DNA from: Naegleria gruberi
Taxonomy: Eukaryota
Assembly: GCA_000004985.1 (NCBI GenBank)
Contig: GG738871.1
DNA: 64,000 nucleotides
Strand: one strand, 5' to 3'
Position 1 is the stretch's first letter, and each line of letters opens with the position of its first letter. This document shows, in pieces, positions 43,236 to 55,372 of this stretch. The position numbers and the translations under genes are program-made. Under the pieces are notes generated by a model, which was not told the DNA's origin, did no database searches, and was given only the letters and a program-made list of their open reading frames with translations.

Positions 43236-44894
43236 TTAAAAATAGGCTGTTTCATTTTCCAAGCCAGTGACTGTCTGAATATCACCACCTTCAGTCTTGT
43301 AGACAAGCATGAAACTCTTGAGAACATTTGGCCAAGTATCTCCAAAATTAGAATTGGTGACATGAATAGAACCAGTGTTGGCCAATTGTCTAGCTCTTTG
43401 AGTCAAATCTTGAGTTCCATAAGTAAAGCAAATAATCTTTTCTGGGGAGTGGACATAGCCAAGGTGCTTCTTTGATGACACATTAACATGTTGACCCTCT
43501 TGACATGTAACAAGATAATAATCACTTTCACTCTTCAAAACCATTGAGAAGGACTTTGGCCAACCAGGTAAACTATCTTCAAAGTTATGGTTATTGGCTC
43601 CAATATTAAAATTATTTCCACCACTTAAATCTTTTGAGTCCTCAGTTACATCCACAGGTCCATAAGCAGCTGCAAGAATGGACAGATTAGATGAATCAAC
43701 TGGAGCAACAGGTTGAGTAGTTGGTTTTGATTGTGGTGGACCATTGACATTCACAACACATTCTTTTTGATACAAGTGATGATTAAGAATAATCTTGATA
43801 CTATCATCGTGCCACATTGCTCCCTTTTCAGTAGTGGATGGACAAAATACTTGAGAATTTCCTGGTTCCTTAACACAAAAGAAGAGATTGAAATTGTCAA
43901 ATCCTCTTGCCATTATACCAGTTGAAGTGTGATCACAACCAAAACAATGACCCAATTCGTGCATTGAAGCACCAATACCAGTAGCACAGTTGGCATAATA
44001 AGTTCCACGACCAGCACTGTCATCTCTCAAATGTGACTTATCGACAGAAGTGTCATTCATAAAGGAAGCTTGGATCTTATCAACAGAATTAGGATATGAG
44101 TACATATTGACATCAGCCCACATTGCCAAATATCCCCCACCCAAGGCGGCTCCCAATTTAGTCTTATTCAATACAGGATCATAATAATGTCCACTAGTTA
44201 TACAATAATAAACAGTTTGTGGAGTGTGTTTTGAGCTATTGACCAATTGATTATGAATATGGCTATATGCAGCATTACCACCATCATTCATCCAATCATT
44301 ACTCAAACTGGCAAATTCCTCTCTCGTATACTTTTCAGAGTAAACAACATCAATGAGTGGCATATTCTTGTGGTGAGGATCAACTTCTAATGGGAATGTT
44401 CTTCTACCGTCCTGAACCTTCTCAGCACAGAATGTTTGCATCATCAACAAGGCTACTTGCATTCTCTTAATAGCCTCACTTGAATCATTCTTTTCGTGTG
44501 GCATATTTCTGAAAGAACCATCATGATCCTTGCAAACAAACCAAATTCCCTTAACCTTTGAACCACTTCCTGAACCAGCTACATTGATCATATTCGGATC
44601 ATAATTAACCTTAAAGTGCAAATCAGAGTCCTTTCCCGATTGACTCGAGAGGTGAATATTATTCTCTCCTTCCTCCAACAAGACGAGAGCCTTGAAAAAA
44701 GTTTCATAGATAGGGAATTGATATTGTGTTCTCTTTCCGGTCATGGCAGAGACACAACTCACAAATAAAACCTCACCGACATCACCCTTTGATGATGGAC
44801 ACTGACCAAATAACCTGATCAAGCTGTAGCCGAGAGAAGAACCACTCTCATGATTATGAACAATGATTTGAGGCATTATTTTTGTTAAGTTCAT
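43236..44894 (-). CDS. Putative metzincin-like zinc metalloprotease (552 aa)
   Basis: ATG at 44894. Zinc-binding motif HELGHCFGCDH (HExxHxxGxxH) at about residue 310. No clear signal peptide. C-terminal about 150 aa of unknown fold. Confidence 0.55.
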   Translation of the reverse strand: MNLTKIMPQIIVHNHESGSSLGYSLIRLFGQCPSSKGDVGEVLFVSCVSAMTGKRTQYQFPIYETFFKALVLLEEGENNIHLSSQSGKDSDLHFKVNYDPNMINVAGSGSGSKVKGIWFVCKDHDGSFRNMPHEKNDSSEAIKRMQVALLMMQTFCAEKVQDGRRTFPLEVDPHHKNMPLIDVVYSEKYTREEFASLSNDWMNDGGNAAYSHIHNQLVNSSKHTPQTVYYCITSGHYYDPVLNKTKLGAALGGGYLAMWADVNMYSYPNSVDKIQASFMNDTSVDKSHLRDDSAGRGTYYANCATGIGASMHELGHCFGCDHTSTGIMARGFDNFNLFFCVKEPGNSQVFCPSTTEKGAMWHDDSIKIILNHHLYQKECVVNVNGPPQSKPTTQPVAPVDSSNLSILAAAYGPVDVTEDSKDLSGGNNFNIGANNHNFEDSLPGWPKSFSMVLKSESDYYLVTCQEGQHVNVSSKKHLGYVHSPEKIICFTYGTQDLTQRARQLANTGSIHVTNSNFGDTWPNVLKSFMLVYKTEGGDIQTVTGLENETAYF

Positions 44895-45032
44895 TTCTTT
44901 CCCGCCATTATTTACAAGGAGAGTAGTTCAATGGTTCGTAAACCTAACCATACCACAAGAATCTTGTAAATATTAGTATTGTACATTACTATTATAATAA
45001 ATTAAAGTTGTATTAATATTTTGTCATGTCAA

Positions 45033-48000
45033 CTAATAGTAGGAATGAATGGAGAGGCGAGAAGGTTTTTTATCGTTACCATCCTCATTTGAACTTGTAT
45101 CAGAATTTGTACTCGATTCCTCCTCAAGGCAATAAGGTGTGTCTCTATAGAGTAAACTTGATTGATTCGGATAGGTTGGATGATAAGGTCCATATTTCAC
45201 AGACCAAGTGTAAAAGTCAATAATTTCATGATCATTGACGTGATATTCAGCACAATTAGTCTTGAAACAGAGGAAAATTCTAAAGGCATGTTCAATGGCT
45301 GCACTAACAGATGGAGAATAGGTTTCGAACCAAACAGGGTCTCTTCTTTTTGCTCTTCCCCATGATTGATAATCATTGATGAGTATGTACTTTGTAACGG
45401 TATCATCCTTTTTAGAGTAACTATCATGAGAGGAACCCTCAGATGATCTATCCTCAAAGGTTGATTTCATCCAAACGATTGAAATATTGCTTTTGTAAAT
45501 TATTTGATCTAGGTTTGGTTTAGAGTAGGCAATTTGATAGAAATTATCGTGTACAGGATGGAAACTCCCAATTGGAGTTTGTGATCCGGGTTCTACTGTA
45601 ATAAATTCAATATAGCTTGGAACATGAATGCAAGGAGGCTCTTTTTCATAATGGAAATTAGTTTTAATATCGTTAAATGTGCAAATAAAGAAGTGTCTCT
45701 TTTCATAGGAATAGGTCAATAACCCATTATACACTGTTCTAGCTTTCTGAATACTATCATATATTTTCCTATTACAAGTGTTAACCAATTTTTCTGTTAA
45801 CAATAAAACTTACTTTGGAGGATATCTGTTTGTTTTGATAAGTGCAATATTGAAATAATCAGAAGGTCTAGTATCCTCATCAAATACTAAATCTTTTGCC
45901 CATTTTTCTTCTGCAAGATGAGCATTTACTCCTTCTGGAGAATCATGGCTAGCAAGAATGTGCTTTGGATTTTTAGAGGTACATGCAAATTCAAACATTA
46001 GTAATCGAGCAAGTCCATGGACATGTTTTTGAATTTTTGCAAATGTATGAACTCTTGGATAGTGCAACAATTCGTTCTTAACTTTGCTATGGTGATATCC
46101 AGGCACAGAAACAGCAAATCCACGTTTGGCATACTTATAGAGTCTGTATTCATAGGTAGTAGATTGTCTATCGATATCCACCAAGTTGACACCATGAGCC
46201 AAGGATCTTCTACATCTATCAGTTGACCAAACAGTGTTTCCATCAAAACCAACAGAAGCAGAATCAATATCAAAAGAGAGCAACACTTCAGCAGGGGACT
46301 TGTAAATTCTCAATACTACTTGTATTGGTCTAGTTTTGTAACCGTAGAAAGTAACTGCATGCTTGGTTCTCATTATAATTACATCGTCATCCACCACCTC
46401 ATGTACTTCTGTTGATTTTTTTTCAGAACTGCTTGTAAAATAAAGATAATTACTGTCACTGCCTGGACCCAAATCACGAACAAGTCTCTTTTTCAAATTT
46501 CCCTTAATAGTGTTGTAGATGTGCTCGATTTTTTCCTTTGCTTCTTCCTCGTCGACTGCATACAGAAACAAGTCAATGTCTGATTTTTGAAAACTGGAAG
46601 GAATATCAGGATCTGGAATATACTTTGCTTGACTCTTATCTATACTTTCTATTGGTTCTGGTGGAGAAATATTTGATTGTTTCGAAGTTTGATTAGCTTT
46701 CTTTCCACTAATATTGTGTTTTCGTTTCTCGTTTGCATCAGCAATTTTTTTCCTTATCCATTCAAGACCGCTAAATCTCTGCAAATGAGATCCTAAAACT
46801 CCACACCCATTTGAAATGGACGAAAATTGATGGTATTGACTTTGTACAACTGTGTTTGCTTTGTTGGTACTTGTTTTCCAATATTTGAAATCACTTTCAT
46901 CCAAATCGAACGATAAGGTCTTCCTCTCCAAAATAGATGTTGTGCTATAATGCTCAGTCGAGGAAGCGGCTGGCATATATTCAGTCATGATAGTCGTCCT
47001 TTCAGTATCGTTTTCATCTCCTTTGAAAAGACAGCCCAAGACACCTCCACCAGCAGCAAAAATTCCATTCCAATCTAAACCTTCGAGAAGACCATGAGTA
47101 AAGTTGTACCAATTCTTCTTGAAAGTTTCCAAACTATTCACTAGTTTTGGTTTTTCAACATGTCTTGAATATTTCAACTTGTTTGACAAATCCAAAATCT
47201 TGGGACATTTCACATAGTCAATCTTGAATTTCTCTCCAGAGTGAATCTCATCCAACTTTTCGAAAACAGGTGATAGAGTCAAGTACATGTCATCTAGTAA
47301 TGGGGAATCTCTATGTTTAACATAGAACTTTCTTAGCCAATCATCCCTTTCCTTCATTTGAATATTTTCGCTGGAGAGCAATTCGATTGGATATCTCAAT
47401 CCATCCAAGTATTCATCTAGAAGCGTGTTCAAACCATAAAATTCTGCCTCCTTCTTGAATTGAAGTCTCTTTGCATCTGACATGGTAGCAGGAAAATGAT
47501 TAAACTTTCTATTACAAATCAAATAGCTATAAATTAAAGAAAATAATTCTGGATTTCTGTCAATAAATAAGTACCCATCGAGACCAACTCGAAAATTTGG
47601 AGATTGAATATATTTGGTCACAATAAAGTCGTCATGTTGAGCCAAAACTCTGAATGGAATGATAAACTTTTGACCTGATACGTTCAACTTGACTACCAAA
47701 TCTGCACTCTCAAAAAACTCGTCTTTCCTATTGTTATCAAGCAAAAAGTCCTGGTATTTTTTGGAAATTTCAGAACTCAATTGTTTGATAATTTGCTCCT
47801 TCTGTCTCGATTCTTCTTCAATCAGTTGCATATCCTTTTCAATAGATAGAATGGGTGGCTGTGATTTCATTGTAGCATTATTTTCACATTCCAAAACTTC
47901 AGAATTGTGATAGGTCCTCATTAGTAATTGAATATGATGTGAAAGTTTTTCAGTTTTGAAAAATTTTGACTCCTCCATAATACATTTCAACAAGTTTAAA

Positions 48001-48611
48001 TTAAACTTTTCAATACCAAGACATTTCACCTTCCCTGCCATTCTCAAATGTTCCAAAACAAACTCAAAACCTATTGGATTTCTATCTATAAATTGAGTGT
48101 TAACACTCTCTTCAGTGCCATCATATAATTTCAATTGATCTTTCATGGATTGAAATAAATTGTCTCCTGCCTTTACATATAAAAAGCTGTCAGCATCACA
48201 CATTGTGACTAGTCCCATCTCTTTGGTAAGTTCCTGTCTTATAGTTGAATCTTCATCGGTCAGTCGGTCACGATTTGAAATTTTGGTATCAACAGGAATC
48301 TTTCCAAAAGTAGCCTCTCCCATCAATGTTCCTCTGGTAGTATAGAATAATTTATCTTGAATTTTAATTACCACTACATAATTTTGCATACGTCCCACAA
48401 CTTGACAAGTCTTATCTTCTGATGATGAAGCATTGATGAGAAGATTTTTGGTATTTTCTAATTGATCTCGGAGTGAAAGATTAGCATGAAATTGATCAAT
48501 CAGAGCCTCATCCATTTGATGATGACCATGATCGTGCTCTGTACTTTGTGATGAGAGAACATTATTTAAATCCCTCTTCAGAGAAGATGAGGAAACTTCA
48601 TGTTGACTCAT
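45033..48611 (-). CDS. Tandem T1-type BTB/POZ (KCTD-like) domain protein, about 1175 aa. Two exons, 48611..45814 and 45768..45033, with a 45-nt intron (45813..45769)
   Basis: ATG at 48611. Two BTB_2-like segments (VVVIKIQDKLFYTTRGTL...FIDRNPIGFEFVLEHLR and VKLNVSGQKFIIPFRVLAQ...YLFIDRNPELFSLIYSYL). The upstream ORF ends with AA|GTAAGT and the downstream track ORF (45803 TTG) is in frame after TGTAATAG|G, giving ...RYPPK-KIYDSIQ.... Intron length matches the others in the window. Confidence 0.7.
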
Positions 48612-48811
48612 TTTTCAATTTTTTGAAAAGAAGAATCAAACATTTTTAATTTAAAATTTCTTTGAAAAAGTTAACGTTAAAAAAACATTTCATTATTTTT
48701 CATTGGAGAAGATGTTGTTGTAGGAGACTTGGGATTGTTTTTGTTGGATTGTAGAGGTTTTATTATCGAACGTATGATAGCGTGGAAATGTGATGATGCA
48801 AATTTAAAAAA

Positions 48812-49834
48812 ATGGACGAAAATACTAACAAACAAATTAATGATGATGAAGAGAGAATGGAAATAGGCAAAGTTTCTCTTGTTATTAATAATACGAAAGG
48901 AAATTCACCCTTCTCTGACGATGTAATTGGTGAAATTCTATCTTTTCATGATGATTTTATATTTGTAGTGATGAAATGTGCACTAGTTTCGAAACAGTGG
49001 CTGAATATAATTATGGAAAGGAGTAAATTGTCACTAACATGTAACCATAGTAAAATGAAGGGTAGATTTCTACCAAATATTGTAACTCTAGAATGGACAT
49101 GTAGTAGATATCAAAAGTTTACATTTGATAGTGGAATATTTGGTACTATGAAACAATTAACCAAACTAAAAATTGGTGAAAATAATATTGGTGATCAGAA
49201 CGCCAAATGTTTCATTGAAATGAAACAATTAACCAGTCTTGATGTTTATCACAACAATATTTCTAAGGAAGGAGCCAAGTTTATTGGTGAAATGACACAA
49301 TTAACCTATCTCAATGTTAATACTAATAATGTTGGTGAACTGGGAGCCAAATATATCAGTAAGCTCAACCAATTAATCACACTCAATATTGGACTCAATT
49401 CTATTGGTGAACAAGGAGCCGAATATATTAGTGAAATGAAACAATTAACTGACCTAAATATTTATAGTTGTAACATTGGTAATCGAGGAGCCAATCATAT
49501 AAGTAGAATGAAACAATTAATCTCACTTAATACTGGTCGTAATGGTCTTGACGATGAAGGAGTCAAATATATTAGTGAATTGAATCAATTAAATTTTCTT
49601 AATATTGCAGACAGTAATATTAGTGAAGAAGGTTTAAACTACATTAGTGGGATGAAACAAATAATTCATCTAGATATTAGTAACAACTTTATTGATGATG
49701 AAGGAGCCGAAATCATTAGTAGAATGAAACAATTAACACGACTTGACATTAGTAACAATAGCATAGGTGAAGAAGGCACCAAATATATCAGTGAAATGAA
49801 AAAATTGACATATCTTGATATTGGTGAATTTTAA
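48812..49834 (+). CDS. RNI-type leucine-rich-repeat protein with an F-box-like N-terminus (340 aa)
   Basis: ATG at 48812. Nine regular 24-aa LRR_RI repeats (LTSLDVYHNNISKEGAKFIGEMTQ / LTYLNVNTNNVGELGAKYISKLNQ / ...). Confidence 0.75.
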   Translation: MDENTNKQINDDEERMEIGKVSLVINNTKGNSPFSDDVIGEILSFHDDFIFVVMKCALVSKQWLNIIMERSKLSLTCNHSKMKGRFLPNIVTLEWTCSRYQKFTFDSGIFGTMKQLTKLKIGENNIGDQNAKCFIEMKQLTSLDVYHNNISKEGAKFIGEMTQLTYLNVNTNNVGELGAKYISKLNQLITLNIGLNSIGEQGAEYISEMKQLTDLNIYSCNIGNRGANHISRMKQLISLNTGRNGLDDEGVKYISELNQLNFLNIADSNISEEGLNYISGMKQIIHLDISNNFIDDEGAEIISRMKQLTRLDISNNSIGEEGTKYISEMKKLTYLDIGEF

Positions 49835-51146
49835 TATTTGTTTGCAAGGAATGGAATATCTTACTGAATTGAAACAATCAACCATGTGAATCATCTAATA
49901 TTTGAATTTCTGTTGTTATTAGAGCGAGGAAACACACTAGGTACTTCCTCACGTATCAAAAATTTTGAAGGAGGGCAATAGCCAATGGCAATTGACCATA
50001 TACAGGACAGCTTTTCAGAGTGCAAGGAAAAGCGTCGACTGCATAACTTTCCAACCTTCTTGATCATTGGAAAGTCCTTCAAGGTAAGTATGAAGATTTA
50101 AGAGAGGCAAAGTGGGAATATATTTGAAGGCATTTTAATCTACAATTTTGAAATAAAAATTATGGTAGTAATTTTTAATTAAAAAGCCATTCGATATCAT
50201 TGGGCAAGTTATTTGCTCATCTTCAGTCTCAATCCAAAAATTATGATTAAGTATTGGATTAACATGATTAAGCAACTCAGAAAGAGTGTAAACAAATAAT
50301 GAATCAAAAAGCTTATTTATTTTCTTTCCATCACATGATCATTAATTTACTAATAATTAACAATCAAAACACAAACATTCATAATGATCGCCATCATCAT
50401 CAAATTAATATTTTACATTAAAGCTAGTAGACCGAGTTGATTCAACCGGTTGGGTATTAAACAAGGAGATTTGATCCTTGTCGTGATGTTTTCTCTCAAC
50501 TGGTTGATCATCCGAAGGTTGACAAATTTCTCCCTTGATGGTTCTTCCTACTCCACTGAAGGGTTTGAAAGGATGTTGTTGTTGAGGTTCTGAAGAATCA
50601 TTAGAAGAAGAGGAAGGAGGAGAGTGATGCTCCGGATCATCGAAAGGATGCCTATTCATATTCTCTCTTCAATAGATGATATATTTGTTTTATTAGAAAT
50701 GATTATTATTGGAGGGAGAAGAGTTTGTAATTTAATAATTTGGGAAAATAGCTTGTTATGTTCAATAGATGAAATTTCAATTTACAAGAATGGTATGTTT
50801 CTTTAATTGTAATTCTCGTCAACATGCTATCTATTCGAAAGTGGTAAATATTAATTGTGCTTAGTACTCAATTTTAAAAGTGGTAACACCTTACCCCGCC
50901 GCGGGTATTAGTTCACTAATTACTTGTGAAATTCGTCAATATCTTTGTGATGGGGACCTTAAAAGAAAGGTTGTTAACTTTTGTATTGTGGTCTGTGGGT
51001 AAATTGACGAGACAGGTATGGACAGGTTGCCAAATTTACAACCAGCATGAAAGGATAATAGAAGAGGTTGAAACACTTAATTTTCATACCAACAGAAAAA
51101 AACAAATCCATTCGAAACATATTTCATCACTCTCTCGGATACTACT

Positions 51147-52241
51147 ATGAAGATAACTGTACTAATGCTCTTGACAGTAATGGCCTTTTTGTTGATGGGT
51201 GTCAACAACTCGAGACAAGAAACCATCATTGTCGATCCACCAAGTAATGTGAACAGAACACAAATTTACATTACACAAAACTTTGCTGATGTGATTGATG
51301 CTGCAACTGCTGCCTATATTACTACATCCAAGGTATGTCCATCCATAATTCTATTAATTCACATCATTTAAATTATTATTGGAAACCTTTCGTCACCACA
51401 CAGTGGACAACAAGTTTGGCAGATTATGGTGTGCCGTACAATGTACCAACTTGTGCTTCCTCTCCAGAATGGCCATCTACATTTGATTTCAAATCTGATG
51501 TAATGACAATGTGTTATGAGTTGGAAACTAATGATCCAGTAAGTATTTTATTCACATTTAAATGTGAAATACTTATCCATATTTATTCAATAGTGGGCTA
51601 ATATTCACGAATTGGCAGGAACTTTGCTCTTAGAACAGGTCAATAACAAGTATAAGAGAAATATTCAACCACAATTCATCAAATTAAATACTACCAAATT
51701 AGCTTATTGGGAAACTCTCAAACAAGCTGCTAATTTTGGAGACTGTAATGTAATTATTGCTTCAAATAATTATGATTTGGTTAGAGCTTCTCAGGTTCAC
51801 TTCCAATGCATGTATGGATCATCAGGTTATGGATATTTGAGAACTGGATTGGATTTGGGAACTGTCATTATTAATTCTGATAAGGATATTAACAATACTA
51901 ATGTAACTGTTGGCACATTTACTGGAACAATTTATGATACCTATGTCACTAACAATTTCCAAGCTGCCAAAATCACTAGAAAGAATGCTGGTTGGGTGGA
52001 TGTTTTCCAAATGGTTGTTGAAAACAAGATTCATATTATGGTAGCTGAAGCTACTGATTTGCGTAATTGGTTAAGCAAGAATCAATATCGATGCGCCAAT
52101 TGCACAACCAAAATTATGGGCATTCCATTCTCATACAGTTCGTTTGTTACAAAGAATATTATCAAATCTGCAAGCTCCACAATTGTCATGAATTTGGCAG
52201 TTGTGCTGATCAGCTTGTTGGTTGGCCTTGTTTGTTTTTGA
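51147..52241 (+). CDS. Secreted or GPI/TM-anchored hypothetical protein. Three exons: 51147..51332, 51404..51538 and 51594..52241. Introns are 71 nt (GTATGT...CAG) and 55 nt (GTAAGT...TAG)
   Basis: Three same-strand track ORFs joined in frame by canonical donor and acceptor sites. Signal peptide MKITVLMLLTVMAFLLMGVNNS. C-terminal hydrophobic IVMNLAVVLISLLVGLVCF. Confidence 0.6.
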
Positions 52242-52345
52242 AATTAATTTTATCACAATAATTGGTAAATGCAAGTTTATCAGATAATTTATTCTCAATC
52301 ATATACCATATCATAGTATCATAATAAACATTATAATAAATAATA

Positions 52346-53473
52346 TTAAGGTTTATTTTCTTCTCTTAGTGTCAATAGACAATCAACAACCCAAGAATCG
52401 ACAACTTTCACCCGTTCATCACTTGATTGTGATAGACTATCCTCTTCACTCGACGATACTACAGTTGATGATGAAGCAGAAGAGGAAACAGTTGTATAGC
52501 TGGAGAACATTGATGCATTCGATGAGGAACTGGCAATTGAATTCTTTCTGAGACGTTTTGTGTCTGGGAAATTATTGGAGGTTGGTCTCTTCTTATTCTC
52601 ACTGTTCGGTAACAACCTTCTTCTAGCATTGATAAACCAATAGTTGATTCGTTTTTGACTTAGACCAGTTTGATTTTGAATTTGTATCTTTTCCTCTTCT
52701 GTTGGATATGGATTTTCTTTGTGGGAAAATAACCATTCTTTCATTATGGAAACAGCTTGTTTAGGGAGGTTTCTATTGGAGGTTGTTCGAAATGGATTGG
52801 CTTCTTCTTCTTCTTGTGGGTTTTCCATAACAATGGCTGAGTTTGAGGAGGATTCTTGGGCTTGTTTCTTGTTCTTTCTCCTAATAGAAGTATCGATCAG
52901 TGGTGCTTGAATAGTATGAACAGTAGAAGTGGATGTATTCGAAATAGAATTGCTTTGTACTCTTGAATTATTTACAATTAATGGCGTTCTAAAATCACAA
53001 GATGAAGAACCAACATTTGAAACTTGAAAAGTATTCTCAATAGAAGCAGAACAACCAACAGATGTTGGTTTTAATTTCTTGTTGGTTGACAAGTCCATAT
53101 TTACAAATGTCAAATGATTAGGAATGCATGATTGAGTTGTTTTCTTTTGATTTGGTGGATTCTCATACATTGCATTATATTTTGAAGGTTGAAAGGTAGG
53201 AACTGGAGTTGTTGAGGAAGGAAACAAATTGGTTGGATTGACTTGATGAAAAACAAATGACGTTTTAATAGGAGGAGAAATGTTTCTCGATACATGAGTA
53301 ATAGCTTGGGAATTATTCGAATGTGAAGGTGGAAACAATGGAACGAATGGTACAGGTTTTGGAGGACAACAATATTGTGTCAACGTTTGAATTGGAGGTA
53401 AACGAGTTGTGATTGCCTCGTTGTTGGTTGACAGGGTTGGCAGTTGATTGAAAGGGATGAGGTTTTGTGGCAT
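52346..53473 (-). CDS. TALE-class homeobox transcription factor (375 aa)
   Basis: ATG at 53473. Homeodomain ...[50 protein letters not shown] with the diagnostic 3-aa loop insertion and the WFINARRR helix 3. Ser-rich low-complexity flanks. Confidence 0.85.
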   Translation of the reverse strand: MPQNLIPFNQLPTLSTNNEAITTRLPPIQTLTQYCCPPKPVPFVPLFPPSHSNNSQAITHVSRNISPPIKTSFVFHQVNPTNLFPSSTTPVPTFQPSKYNAMYENPPNQKKTTQSCIPNHLTFVNMDLSTNKKLKPTSVGCSASIENTFQVSNVGSSSCDFRTPLIVNNSRVQSNSISNTSTSTVHTIQAPLIDTSIRRKNKKQAQESSSNSAIVMENPQEEEEANPFRTTSNRNLPKQAVSIMKEWLFSHKENPYPTEEEKIQIQNQTGLSQKRINYWFINARRRLLPNSENKKRPTSNNFPDTKRLRKNSIASSSSNASMFSSYTTVSSSASSSTVVSSSEEDSLSQSSDERVKVVDSWVVDCLLTLREENKP

Positions 53474-53695
53474 TTCTTATTAGTGTCAAAATAGGTTGAA
53501 CATAATCGTGTCAAATACGTTTTTTGGATGATTTACCAAAATGCAGTCAACGTCTGTTCTTAAATTGAATTGTTGATAAACGTGGTTATTATGCAAATCT
53601 TGTTCATTGTTGACGTCAATAGAAATGCCATTTGAAAAAGTATTTGTTTGGATTGATCTCTTTTAGAAAATTTCTAAAAATGTAACATGTAAGGA

Positions 53696-55372
53696 TCAGT
53701 GTAATGTATCAAGCTTTTTGAGAGAATGCTCTGATGTAACTTCTCGTTCTATTTGTGACATCTGCCGTCTTGCCTTTAGTGCCTTTTCTAAATTGAGAGA
53801 AACCTGTGGTCCCCTCATTTTAATAATCTTATTCCAGACACCACTTGGTACTTTACCTCCAATATCAATAAATGATATTGTTGTCATTTTGGTTTGTTTC
53901 TCATTCAATTGTTCAATGAAAATGGCGCCGAAAAAGTATCCTCTGATGCATCCTTTCTTTACAGGTGTACTGGGCTCGTAGGATTTTCTGAGAACTGAAT
54001 AATTTGTCATTTGATTGGTCACTTGATTTGGTTCTCTTCTGACACTGGTACAAGCATAGATTTCTCTATCATCGAGAGGCCACGGAGTCTTAACAACAGT
54101 GGATGAACAACTGATAGGGTAGGTCTTGATTTGATTTCCCAGGGAATCAAAAGTTGTACTCTCCTCAATAAATTCAATGAATTTTGTGTGAGTTACATTC
54201 GGTTCTGAGAATTTAGTTAATCTCGAATCAATGAATGCATAGAGAATTTCCTCTGGTAAATCATCCACAATGCAAACTTCCTTAACAATGCTCAATCCTC
54301 CTTTGGATTTACTCTTTAACTTGCCCTTGGATACGAGTTTTTCCTTACTGATATAACTGGTCACATTCTTTGAATCGTAAATTTCCTTCCAAATATCCAT
54401 CTCCGAAAGAGTTTTGAAAAGGTTATAGTATTGATCAGTGATAATCTTTGAATCCTTTTCCAATAACAAGTTGGTGAGAGCTTCCTTCATTTCCACCTTT
54501 TTATGTTTTGTAGACATGTCGGAAGCAGTTGATTCAGTATCTACTTCGGAATCTGACAGATTTCCTGACCTAGAAGAATTGGCAGGACTATTACTCGATT
54601 GCTGAGCATTGGATTGTCTTCTTTCTCCAAAATAGATCAAATTATTGTCCAAAGTTTTCATAAACTCTTGTACATAGTCTTGACTCAATTGATTTGATTT
54701 GTTTGTCATTGGAATGGTAATTTCTTTTGAAACTAGTGAAAAGAGACAACCTGTGAAGAAGCTACTCGACAAGAATCTTGAAAAGTTGTCATTTCTCAAT
54801 TCCATATGTACAATACGTCTACAATTATCAAAAAGGTCTATATCAATATCTGAATTTTCATCATACTTTTCAAATCTATTTATCACATCATTTCTAACAT
54901 TATCTGTAAGGTTAAGTTGGTCTGATGACATATCCTCGAGGAATCTCTTGATGATTCCTGAAGCCTTGTGATATCTACTTCCTTTTTCATTGACAAAATC
55001 ATCATAGGCAATAATAAAATCCAAACTACTCAAATTATGTTCAAATATCAAGAATTGTCTAAAGGCAGGCAAAATTGCCAACTCGTCCGTTAAACAAGCT
55101 TCAAAATTAATAGTATATTGTATGACAACATCTTCTATCAATCTCATCAATAAACTCTCCACTGTTTGATTAGCATTTGTTGGTGTATTCAGAATGGTAT
55201 GAACATGATTATTATAGAGTGCCGTTTGCATTAGTGGAGAAGATGAAGAGGGTGAAATAGGAGAAGCGAGAGGAGAGGTTGAGTATTTCTTTCGAGAAGG
55301 TGATAGTGGAGAGGTTGGAGAAGTTGGTGTGGAAAGGGTGAGCGAGCTTGTACTCAGGGATTGTTGTTTCAT
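53696..55372 (-). CDS. RGS domain plus C-terminal START (StAR-related lipid-transfer)-like domain protein (558 aa)
   Basis: ATG at 55372..55370 verified. RGS-like FRQFLIFEHNLSSLDFIIAYDDFVNEK...IIKRFLEDMSS. C-terminal START-like PWPLDDREIYACTSVRRE...GCIRGYFFGAIFIEQL...ISFIDIGGKVPSGVWNKIIKMRGPQV (compare PCTP/StAR ...DNPGGQIPSWLINWAAK). Confidence 0.6.
   Translation of the reverse strand: MKQQSLSTSSLTLSTPTSPTSPLSPSRKKYSTSPLASPISPSSSSPLMQTALYNNHVHTILNTPTNANQTVESLLMRLIEDVVIQYTINFEACLTDELAILPAFRQFLIFEHNLSSLDFIIAYDDFVNEKGSRYHKASGIIKRFLEDMSSDQLNLTDNVRNDVINRFEKYDENSDIDIDLFDNCRRIVHMELRNDNFSRFLSSSFFTGCLFSLVSKEITIPMTNKSNQLSQDYVQEFMKTLDNNLIYFGERRQSNAQQSSNSPANSSRSGNLSDSEVDTESTASDMSTKHKKVEMKEALTNLLLEKDSKIITDQYYNLFKTLSEMDIWKEIYDSKNVTSYISKEKLVSKGKLKSKSKGGLSIVKEVCIVDDLPEEILYAFIDSRLTKFSEPNVTHTKFIEFIEESTTFDSLGNQIKTYPISCSSTVVKTPWPLDDREIYACTSVRREPNQVTNQMTNYSVLRKSYEPSTPVKKGCIRGYFFGAIFIEQLNEKQTKMTTISFIDIGGKVPSGVWNKIIKMRGPQVSLNLEKALKARRQMSQIEREVTSEHSLKKLDTLH

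Noticed and set aside
45769-45813. An alternative 20-nt intron (gtaagttttattgttaacag) joining the two BTB-gene ORFs
   Set aside because: It is far shorter than any other intron in the window. The 45-nt alternative, ending TGTAATAG|, also restores the frame and matches the 40-75-nt size class.
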